A stretch of DNA of 58,595 bases, counting the filler, from Sphacelaria rigidula (Eukaryota), in NCBI GenBank assembly GCA_964200075.2. It is 10 parts of 10 records of this genome, joined end to end, with 100 filler letters (N's around TTAATTAATTAA, not from the genome) between each part and the next. Parts side by side here need not be neighbours in the genome. Positions count along the whole stretch, not along the records: positions 46,959 to 52,727 come from CAXNAA020024606.1; positions 52,828 to 58,595 come from CAXNAA020024607.1; 8 more parts are not named here. One strand, written 5' to 3'. Position 1 is the stretch's first letter; every line of letters starts with the position of its first letter. The translations under genes were made by a program, and so were the position numbers. Below the pieces are notes generated by a model that did no database searches, was not told the origin of the DNA, and worked only from the letters and a program-made list of their open reading frames with translations. This document shows, piece after piece, positions 48,485 through 58,595 of this stretch.

Positions 48485-48785
48485 CCCTTAGACAGCGAGA
48501 GAGGGTGGAATCGGTATCAATTTCACTCGAAAATAAATGCATGATCCACATAGACTACCCTCGCGGCCTAAAGGCTGACCCTTAGACCGCGAGGGTAGTC
48601 CATCTGGATCATGCATCATGCTTTTTTCAAGTGACATCGATGCCGATTCAACAGATGACCTACTCTCGCCATGTAGGGGTTGACCCTCAGACCGCGGTGT
48701 GGGTAGTCCATCTGGACCATGTATACTTTTTTCAAGTGAACATTGATGCCGATTCAGCAGGTGACCTACCTTGGCGATCAAAGGG
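48485..48785. mobile_element. Three abutting piggyBac-like MITEs (+,-,-)
   Basis: Junctions AAGG-CTGA-CCCTT and GGGG-TTGA-CCCTC; final AAGGG|TTAA. Confidence 0.88.
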
Positions 48786-49272
48786 TTAAACAGAAGCGGG
48801 GAACGCGCAGTACAGACAGCATAAGACTGTACCCTCTGCATACAGTAGGGTGTGAACAAGACGCAAACAACATGCAGATTTATCTGCCTGTATTGTTCAT
48901 GAGCGTGTACGCAACTCGGTCGCTCACACCACCACGCAAATCCGGTCGCCGACCACTGCTATATAAAATGCTACGAGCTGGGCCAGCGGTGAATCCCGCA
49001 TTTGATTTTCACACCACAACTTATCAAGTTTACCGGAGCAGCCCGACTTGAGCATATCGCTGTGACCTGCAGACCAACCTGGTGACGCACGCCACCGCCA
49101 CTAAATGACAAAAAAATGAAATGAAATAGTTAATTAATTAATCAATATAATATATAACGAAATATGAAATAATTAAAGGTTGATTGAGGATGGATGGTTG
49201 AATGGATGGATGGATTGTATTTTTTGGACAGAGGGAAATGCAATATACTGCCATTACATACGACCGACCTCA

Positions 49273-49478
49273 ACACTTCGACAGTGCGAGTAGGTCATCT
49301 GTTGAATCGGCATCAAATTTCACTTGAAAAAAGTGTGCATGATCCAGAGAGACTACCCTCGCGGTGTATGGGTTAACCCTTAGACTGCGAGGGTAGGACA
49401 TGTGCTGAATCGGTATAAATTTTTACTCGAAAAAAGTACGCGTGGTTTATATGGACTACCCGCACCGCGGTCTAAGGG
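49273..49478 (+). mobile_element. Two abutting piggyBac-like MITEs sharing one TTAA, inserted in a SINE-B copy
   Basis: GGG-TTAA-CCCTTAGAC junction at 49373-49376. Confidence 0.88.
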
Positions 49479-50029
49479 TGAACGACGGAACGAAAAAAAA
49501 AGGAGAGAATCTGTCAGTATCCGAACTCGTGACCTCCTCCATAGCTGGAGTCTCCTGTATCCCTCAGATTAAAGGGGCGCAGCAGTGTCACACGAAAAGT
49601 GCCCGGCTGCGCCCAATTTGCGGTAATTTGAGCCGAAATTTTGAAATTTTACCTCCACATCCTGCGCGCAAGTGTCCACAACGTGTAAGAAGGTACCACC
49701 GTATTTCTTAATTTTCACGGAGTTTTACAGGCTGGTCCGCCCAAGAAGCTCCCTTTCCTTCAGCCCCTTCTATCTGACGATGAATCGCGAGTTGTGCTAA
49801 CTATGGCACATCGTGGTAATTGGCAAACTAGCGCACGTCTCCAAATCCCTGTAGCACTGCGATCCGACAAGGTCTGATCAAACGAAATACCAAACTGTAG
49901 TCAAGTGCAAAAGTGTAAAGATTCGAGGGTGCTATGTGCAGCGGAATTAGCCAAAAGAAAACGGCTGAGATTGGATTTTTGGTTACAGTCGGTTGTGCCG
50001 CGTGGTGCCGCACAAGCTGTGGCACAATC

Positions 50030-50640
50030 CCCGAGCTCACATTTTAGTTGTTTTCGATAAAATTTTGACATGATGTACAGGACGTATGTGCAAACACCCC
50101 TTCGTCCCTCCCGTGTATGTGTGTTTTATTTTCTTCGGAAGTTATTGGCGACGGAACATTTCTAAACATTTTTCCGGAACAAAATGACCGATAACTCACG
50201 AAGAAAGGAACAAACAGTGGGGGTAAGAAGGGGTCAGAATTTCACCGAAAGCAGCTCAAAATTGAACAGCATGAATGCGTTTGAACTATTCGTAACTAGT
50301 CCCATCTCCACATACGATAGGAACCGGTTGTCGGCGGAATGACGCGAGTCGTGAGTCCAATTTGGGATCGTTTTCAAAGAAATCTTGACACGATGTACAG
50401 GGCGTATGTGCGATTACCCAACCTCTCCTCTTATGTTTTTTAATACTTCCTACGTAAGTTTTTGGCGACGAAACATTTCAGAACATTTGTTTTCGGAACG
50501 AAACTGCCAATAAGTCACCAAGAAAAAAGAAAAAAAACATAGAGGGAAAGTTTGGATATTCGCACACACATCCTGTACATGTATCAAAATTTCATCGAAA
50601 ACGATACAAAATTGAGCGCACGACTCGCGTTCAACATTCC
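50030..50640. mobile_element. MITE with about 75-bp TIRs (50336-50640), preceded by a partial copy (about 50030-50240)
   Basis: ACGCGAGTCGTG...GTTTTC...ATGTACAGG.CGTATGTGCG and its reverse complement at 50560-50640. The internal part is duplicated at 50050-50215. Confidence 0.78.
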
Positions 50641-50981
50641 TGGTGGCATCTCGGACGGTCCAGCTTGTAGCATTTTCCCTATTTTTGCCAAAACTTCATA
50701 TAGCCGTAACTCTCAGTTTTTCTTCTTCTTTGCACCTTTTCAGAAGTTGCGCGAGTTTACGGCAAATTTGTCGTGGCAAAATTTCAGCGCCCAACTCCTC
50801 GAAATACTAACCAACTGGCCCAGCTCGTCCGGTGTTCGCAACCAAAAATGAAAACATCATGCCAAAAGGATGATAATGCCGGTTCCCCAAAACTGCAGTG
50901 CATGAATCAATCCGTGTGCGAAACTCGTGCTCTATGCTGCGCAAGGTTCCGATGGTAGCTCATGATGAATTGTGTGCGGTT

Positions 50982-51090
50982 TGCATGGGTCTGTGAACGG
51001 GTGGTATCTGGCGTGGTGGTATGCAATAATAGGAGTCAAGTACAGTACCCCCCTCGTGCCTTGCCGCCACGTGTTTTCCATCGAAAAGGC
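50982..51090. repeat. Dispersed repeat shared with 53647-53748
   Basis: GCATGG.TCTGTGAACGGGTG...TCTGGCGTGGTGGT...ATAGGAGTCAAGTA...TCGTGCCTT. Confidence 0.8.
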
Positions 51091-51750
51091 TATTATAAGA
51101 TCATGTCTTACCGAGACAGGTAAAACAAAAAAAAGCAGGGAAAGAAAAACAAGCGTCCGAAAGCAGCATGTTGATAATAAAAGTCGTCGCAACCCTAGAC
51201 CCACCCGGACGTCAATAGACGTGTTGCTTTTGGACGCTTATTCCTCTTTCTCGTTTCTAACGTAACGTGTGGTCCTTGAAGCAATATCTCTTGGCATTTT
51301 CGAAATTTTCCATATGTAAAAAAAGGCTGTTTTTGTGAATTTGTAACGTTTAACAAGCAGATTTCTCCTCAACTTTGGAAAGTAAATCGCTACGTTAGGG
51401 TCCATTCGAAGGACCACATGTTACATCACGATACGTTAAATTTGCCCCATCCAAAAAATCAAACCTTACGTAGCGTTGAATGGCTCGAAATTACGTTTTT
51501 TCGAATGTGTCATGTCAGAGTATCACGTGGAATGTATAGACCCCTGGAAATATCTGACAACGCTTCAAGCAAAAAACACCACTTCAAGCGAGAAAACTGT
51601 GATGACTATTCTGCTCTCCTCATGAATCTGGACCACTATCTGACTCGCGGACCATGACTTTCCTTGAGTGAGAAAATCTGTTTGAAGCGGGGCGCGGGAG
51701 GGGTGACAATTGTACGCACACGACGGGTCATTTCCTACCGTGAAAAAACA

Positions 51751-52111
51751 CACCCTGTATAATGACGTTATATTTCATTGTCAAAAAGTGTACTGCGTAC
51801 AATATCGACTATTGCAAGGGCACGTCAAGAAGAGTATACTCTATTGCGGGGAATTTTGAAAGTCGTACTCGAAGTATACAAATCGGGGGTAGGGTTTCAC
51901 GAGGGATCGCTTTCCAGTTATTGTTGGGTATGACTCCTGACCCTCTACCCTAATTTGAATATATCAAGTACGTCTTCCAAAATACCCCGCAATCGAGTAT
52001 ACTCCACTCGACCTGCCCTTCGACTATTGCGTCTATCGAACTCGACAATAGATTCCATTTCGTACGCAATACACTTCTTGACAATATGAATGGGTTCTCA
52101 TTATCCAGAGT
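51751..52111. mobile_element. Nested MITEs: outer CACYCTG-TIR element containing a CAAGGGCA-TIR element (51815-52021) with TSD GACTATTG
   Basis: Inner TIRs CAAGGGCACGTC..GAGTATACTC / GAGTATACTCCACTCGACCTGCCCTT, with GACTATTG at 51807-51814 and 52022-52029. Outer ATTGTCAA.AAGTGTA.TGCGTAC is inverted on both sides. Confidence 0.82.
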
Positions 52112-52947
52112 GTCGAAAACATGCACGCACTAAAGACAAACTTGGGGTACGCACGCCAAGCACGAAACACGATCGCGTCTCGGTGGTACGAAGTGGTACA
52201 GTAAATGGACAGGTAGGGCGGAACGCTGCGGATTCAAATTCCGACAGATGAAAGCGAACGCATTTTCGAGTAAAAATATGTAGTTTTCGTCGTCGTCGTT
52301 TTTGTTGTTGAAAAAATATGTATGGTTTTCGTCATACGCAGAACAAAAACATGAGGAAAAAAAATGACGAGAGTCAACGGGGTACGGGAGGGGTGCTGAT
52401 TCCACAGTCCTTGACGACAAAATACAAGGGCGGTGCTGTACAGGGGGAGAGATGTATAAATTAGATTCCTTGAGATTAAGGACTGTTACCGAGGGAGGCG
52501 GAGGGGGAAGGGGGGGGGGGCATACTGATGATCATGCATGCCACAGTCTCAAGACCATGGACCTCGCATCCCCACGAAGCGGGGACGGGGCACGCCGGGT
52601 TTTCGGAGGACCAGGCTCGAGGGGGGGGGGGGGGGTACTCATTTGTTGCTTGCCTTAGTCATTTGACCCGAGACCACGAATCCCTTTTGGGGCGGAGGAA
52701 CGGGCGGGAGGGGGGAGAGAGAAAAGANNNNNNNNNNNNNNNNNNNNNNNNNNNNNNNNNNNNNNNNNNNNTTAATTAATTAANNNNNNNNNNNNNNNNN
52801 NNNNNNNNNNNNNNNNNNNNNNNNNNNTCATGCCGGGATTCGAACTGGTGTCTTCAAAAACGATGATCAACTATACTTAGTTCAAGTAATCCCCAATCGT
52901 GCCTATATTCCGCCCCAGAGGAAGTACAAGATAGAGTTCTCCACAGG

Positions 52948-54302
52948 AACCGTAGGTGAGGTACCGTACCGAGCGTACCCTCGGTATTCACCGGGGAATA
53001 TTTACCCATACCGTGGTATGCGTGGGTACGTAGGTATGAGTTTCGAAAATCCCTGGTTGAGCGGGTACGGTAGGTACTGGTGGTATCTCGAAATGCCGTG
53101 ATATCGTAGGTATCGTCGGTATGAGTTCAAGTACCTGATTGAGCGGGTACGGTAGGTACTGGTATCTCGAAATACCGTGGTATCGTAGCTATCGTAGGTA
53201 TGGTACTTGAAAATACCCGATTGGGCAGGTACGGTGGGTGCTTTGATTAATTGATTGATTGTCGCACTTTAACTGACCCCCCAGGGATCCAGCCGTGGTC
53301 ACTCGTGCATAGTAGAGACATTCTGTACTGTCTGCACTGCTTGCAAGCAGTGTCTTGAGTGTGTGTGTGTGCGTGTTTTGTACAATAGGATTTCGAAGAG
53401 AAGCGGGCAACGTGCAGTGCAGACGGCCCAGGACTTTCAGTTCTTTCTGCTCACAATGCGACGTGAAAAGGACTTCAACAACGTGCAGCTTTGTACTGCC
53501 TGCACTATCTATAGGCGTGTACGCAACTCGGTTGCCCACCGTACCCTGAAAGAAGATGCACAAATTTTCGCTGACAAAAATTAAAGAAAGCATATCCAAG
53601 TACTGCAGGGTCGCGGTGGTAGCTGAGAATGAGTTGGATGGAGTCAGCATGGTTCTGTGAACGGGTGTTGTCTGGCGTGGTGGTCTGTAAGATAGGAGTC
53701 AAGTATTGCTTCGTGCCTTTCGACTGCATATTTTCGATCGAAAAGCTCAGTGTTATTGTTCTGTAGTTTTTCTCCGCGCCCCCACCGGTTACAAGTTTGA
53801 GTTGAAGCCTTCCAAGAACAGAAAGTGGCGGACCTATCAGATCGAGAAAAATAATTCGACGGGATTTCAGACTACATGATAATAACTTCATTCGAACTGA
53901 TCCAAACACGAAAATCAGGGGGAAGCTGGGATTACTTATGAAAACAAGACGTACCTGCTCCGACAACTTCTGGGCTTTGCGTAAGTTGGGACCAGCTGCT
54001 GCACCGTGGGGAGTGCATCGCGTCCGGTATTTACCGAGTATACCATACCGGGGTATCCCATACCGTGGTGTGCGTGGGTATCGTAGCTATGAGTTTAGAA
54101 AACACCCGATTGGGCGGGTACTGTAGGAACTGAAATCTCGAAATACCGTGGTATCGTAGGTACCTGATCGAGCGGGTACGGTAGGTATTGACATCTCGAA
54201 ATACCGTGGTATCGTGGGTTTCGTAGGTATGACAATTTAAAATACCCGACCGGACCGGTATCGGTAGCGTATGATATGTCTTAAATACCGGTATCGGGTA
54301 TT
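52948..54302. repeat. Two copies (about 52948-53236 and 54024-54302) of a GGTATCGTAGG-rich repetitive element
   Basis: Shared CCCATACCGTGGT..GCGTGGGTA..GAGCGGGTACGGTAGGTA..TCTCGAAATACCGTGGTATCGT units. Confidence 0.82.
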
Positions 54303-54340
54303 TACCTCATCTACGGTGCCTGTGGAGTTCTCATAATTTC

Positions 54341-56103
54341 AAGGGGTCTACACGTTACACGTGTCACAACGTTACACGTTACGTTTTGGCTGAAACGTAA
54401 CGTGAACGTTAATTGTTTTTACGTGATGAACGTAACGTGAACGTGACGTTGAATTTTCAAATGAAACGTAGCGTCAACGTTAAATTGACCAAACGTTGAA
54501 AACACGGAATATGAAACGTTTCATGTAAGGTGTAACGACTACTACACATTACACGTGCATTGGACGTTACACGTTACATGAAAAGTCATGAACACGTTAA
54601 ATAAAGCGGTGCACACTTTAAGTTGGCAATGAATTTTGAAATCCTAGGAGACAAATTAACTACTACGAGTATACAACGGTATAAGTACAGGCTGCGTATT
54701 TTGCCAACAGTACGAGGTTACAAGTACAGGCTGTACTTTGCGAACACAGTACAAGTGCAAGCTGTACCTGCAACCTTGTTGTACTATATACCCGACAACA
54801 GACTCTACTCGGCAAGCAAAGTAGTGCAAGGTCGCAAGTGCAGGCTGTCCTCGCAAACACAGTATTGCAGTGCAAGGTTACAAGCATAGGCTGTACTAGC
54901 GAACACAGTACAGTAAGTAGGAGGTGGCTGCTGCACTTTACAAAGACAGCATACAACATGAGTAAATACAGTACAGTACGAGTTGGTTGCTGTTATTTAC
55001 AAATACAACAGACAATATAAGTAAATATAGTACAGTGCGAGATTATTGCTGTACTTATAATTACAACATACAAAAGGAGAACAAGGATGCAAACACCCTG
55101 TACTTTGCACACACATCATTATCGTACGAGGTAGTCAACCATCTGTTCGCGACAACGCCTTGCATTTGGCAGCGGTGATGTCGGCATTGTCTTTAGTTCT
55201 ACACCGTCTTGACTGTAAGGTTCAAGGCTACATGCAGATGCACGTACATGGTAGTGCATGCAGATGCAGAGGATATGACTTCTGCCTGTACTACAGTACA
55301 CGTACAGGCTCTACTTTATTTGCAAACACCCGTAACCGTCTTGGATTAAAAAAAAGAAGAAGTAGGCTCTCGAATTAAGAAAAAAACGACCCAACTTCGG
55401 TCATAACAAAATGTGTGGGTGGATTTTTACTTCTCCCCACATGGGGGATAAAATGTTTTCTGCTAGATAAATGCATTGATTGCCTGGATCATTGTGTAAA
55501 CCTGTGATACATACATACTTAAGTACGCCTGCCTTTGATGGCCGTGATGAACGATCTTGTTTGTCCATGTACACAGGTGTACATGTATAGAACCAAGGGT
55601 ACCTGATAAAGTTTGGTCTGCGAAATGCCGGGACGACTGAAGCCGGCGTTCAATCATGTTCACAATCTGTTGTGTGTACGGTATGTGCTGTCGGGCGAAT
55701 TACTAAGCATTTGACAATTGGAAATTGAAAATAAAGAGATGAAAAGAAAAGAGGACATATGAAATAATAGGGGCAACGCCGAATGAACGATACTCCGTAG
55801 AGAAAGTAACGTGATACAAGTAGATAATGCGCCTACGCTCGGACATACGACGGGCCACCGTCAGCGTCACGTACACGGTAACGTTACGCGTTACACGACA
55901 CGTTACACCGACTTCAACACCGGTAAATGAGCCCCGGCATGCACAGAATAAAACGTTACATTATAACGTTACACGTGTCAACAAAACAGTATATTGGATG
56001 TTAGATGTACCATGAAGCGTTTCATATTACGTTACATGTAATTTAAATGTTTTTGACGTGATGAACTTAACGTGAACGTGAACGTGTATCGTGTAGACCC
56101 CTG
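54341..56103. mobile_element. 1.76-kb non-autonomous hAT-like element
   Basis: TIRs AAGGGGTCTACACGTTACACG / CGTGTATCGTGTAGACCCCTG, 8-bp TSD ATAATTTC / ATAACTTC, ACGT-rich subterminal repeats and an internal ACAGTACAAG-type minisatellite. Confidence 0.88.
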
Positions 56104-57330
56104 ATAACTTCTCCTGCGACTCCAGACAAATAACAAAAACGAAAAAAACAAAATAGCACCAAATAAAAAACAAAAAAAAAGAATCGATAGACCATCTGAA
56201 TCACTTAGGGGTCTTGCTCACGAGGCAATATTTTCAGATATTTCGACTTATTTTCCGAGAAGTTGGACATTTTCCCGACTTATCCGAACGAAACACACAA
56301 AATGCTGCAAAAAAATCCCGAAGCCAGACCTTTCGACAAATTTATAGTCAGTCCTGACTTATATATTGGCTGGCCTAGTTGAGAAATACGCTCTCACATT
56401 TTTCGGAGAGGGAGTATTTTTTTCCGAGAAAGAACACAGATCCAATGGGAAGACCCCTTCAAGGAATGCATAACAGAATCAGGGTCGCGGAGAGAGAAGG
56501 ACAGAGACAGAAGCAGCGGCAGAGACAGAGATTGACAAGCGGACAGAGGTTGAGATATATGGCCATGCACAAGATAGACATCCATGGCTTCCTCTTCGCA
56601 ACTCTGCAAAAAGTCCAGCAGCTACGTAGCTGCGAAAGAGCCTCGACTTACACTACGAGGGTGAATCCCGGTAATCCTGTTGAAAAAAAAAACACGAGAA
56701 AAGGCGAATAACATAGTAAGTCCACGGAAGAAGCAAGGGCAGATGAAAAACCGAAGGATTAAAAACGATTCAGTGTCGACACCTCCCGAGCACTCTGGTG
56801 GGAAGGCAGACTGAGAAAAATAATGGATTCATGATCCAAGGCGACAGCGCTGCTTGCAAACACTCTACCTGTTTGTATATTGCACCATCTGACTTTCTGG
56901 AGCGGGGCGGGTAAGAACAGAGTCATCCACCACAACGGAAACAAATCTCAACACCTTTTCCGCGCCAAATATTTCTGAGCGTAAACTGCTCCCGTTACCC
57001 GCGTACAATGCGTGCCCGCAACCAGGGTGTTGTCAACACCATTAGAAATTGAATGGGGATCAGAATTCGACTCAAGATTGCCATTTTTCAATACGGTATG
57101 TACCATATGTATATTCCATGCTCTACTAGTGGTGCTGCTATGCTATGATATTGTATATCGAAGGACAATCGGTGGAGCACAGAGCAAACACTTCGAAACC
57201 CTAGATCGTAGACAATGACCGCACGGGTACAACATCGGCCATGTCTATCGTTGACAGCGGGTCTGAGCGCGGACGATGAACCGCGGGGTCGCGCAGTTAT
57301 TCTTGAGCGCTGAAGGTAGTGGATGAAGAT

Positions 57331-57535
57331 GAATTTCCCTCAAAACCGTGAACATGTAAAACAGTATGATCTCAAATATTGAAGACGCCACCTCTGCTGA
57401 TTTCCCCCCCAATCCATGAGAATGCAAAAAAGTGTGGTCTAAAATATTGAAGACGCCATATATTTTGATTTCTCCCCAAAACCATGAAAACGTAAAACTT
57501 TATGGTCTCAAGGATTGAAGACGCCGTCTACATTT
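57331..57535. repeat. Tandem repeat, 68-bp unit x3
   Basis: TTGAAGACGCC at 57379, 57447 and 57515, with conserved intervening sequence. Confidence 0.9.
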
Positions 57536-57910
57536 CAACTCCCACCCTTTCTAGCCATGAGTCCGTTGTCTCAAGGCACCAACCAACCGATCTCGCCCCG
57601 GTTACGTGCCTGTCAATTAGTGACGGAGCGTAGGGCCAGCACTAACACAACCAGTCCATTTCCATCGGACTCATTGCTTAACATTTTTCGTTGCACGTTC
57701 TCGGACGGACGGGAAAAACAGAAAATGCACCACTCTACTCGACTATCATAATTCGAAATCACGATAATCTCCCAATAAGCAAATGTTCTGAAAAGTAGTC
57801 AGTTTGACCAGCGGGACGCGACGCCGTATCCTGACATACCATGCTCCTTCGATTCCCGCACACCGCACCGCGCACCGCACCGCGAAACGCAACACACATC
57901 GATCGCTCAC

Positions 57911-58132
57911 CACTTTCCACGAAAACTGCTCCTTTCCGAGCCAACCAATGAACAAGTCCTCGGCCACTTCGGGGGTCACGGGGCTGCCTCGGAAGGTGGC
58001 TATCGGCGCCGGGTCGGGTAGGGCGGGAATCTCCGCAGATTTACGCATGCAGTTGTGCTTCTGCAACACGCACAACGAAAACGCCTCCATCGTGGCCGTT
58101 TCGTATGATGTAATGCACCGGTAGGCGCACAC
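57911..58132 (-). CDS. VDR: Internal exon (74 codons) of violaxanthin de-epoxidase-related protein
   Basis: CAG|VCAYRCITSYETATMEAFSLCVLQKHNC...P..FRG...AEDLFIGWLG...SWKV|GTGAGC matches, from recall, the conserved VDR block spanning the Cys-rich domain end and the lipocalin start. Both splice sites are phase 0. Confidence 0.9.
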
Positions 58133-58595
58133 CTGCGTTATTCATTTATTCATTTTGGCGGGGGGGGGGGGTTGTGATCACTGGAGTGGGTCATGTGACC
58201 GTTGTTTGCCCGCGTGATGAGGGGTTTTTGGATCTTCGTGGCTGATGACTTTTCGGGTTTTTTTCCGGCGGAAAGACATCTATTGGATTTTAATACCTTA
58301 TCATGCGACCACATTGATGTACCCGTAAAAAAATTAATCCATGTTTCTCAGCTATCGTTTGCGGAATTACCGGGGCTCGGAAGGACTGGGTTCCTGATTC
58401 AGACGGTTACGATGGGATACGGCGGAGGTTTGGGCTCAACAAGACGAGAAAAGGACCCGACAAGGGAGGAACGGCGTTGCATAGTTACAAGGGTCGGACG
58501 AATAATTATTCGTCTGGAAATTACTTGGTTTTAGTACGATGAGTCGACTCGTGACGAATCAATCCCTAGGCTTAATTTCAGCATGGCAACCCAGG

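Noticed and set aside
57331..57535. CRISPR-like array (68-bp period)
   Set aside because: Sequences between the TTGAAGACGCC anchors are homologous to each other, so it is a plain tandem repeat.
58535..58570. Hammerhead ribozyme-like GATGAGTC...GACGAA
   Set aside because: The CTGATGA and GAAA cores are both imperfect, and no stems I/III were found.

Overview
Not one locus: ten unrelated, length-sorted contigs (six of 5770 bp, three of 5769 bp, one of 5768 bp) joined by artificial 100-bp linkers (N44-TTAATTAATTAA-N44). The DNA is repeat-rich eukaryotic nuclear sequence with GT-AG introns, TTAGGG-type repeats and a violaxanthin de-epoxidase-related exon, which fits a photosynthetic stramenopile, probably a brown alga (inference). 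Retroelements: a Ty3/Gypsy LTR element with an atypical ORF upstream of RT, a solo LTR of the same family, an RTE-type LINE with a duplicated structured 5' leader, and tRNA-derived SINEs. DNA elements: many nested MITEs (piggyBac-, hAT/P-, Stowaway/Tc1-like) and a short element family that starts with telomeric repeats. Other content: a mitochondrial-type tRNA-Glu pseudogene inside a MITE, and spliced gene fragments (VDR exon, an unknown multipass membrane protein, an acidic low-complexity protein, a possible transposase). No CRISPR array or prokaryotic system is supported. Most entries in the ORF track are spurious. All alignments were done by eye, with no database search.
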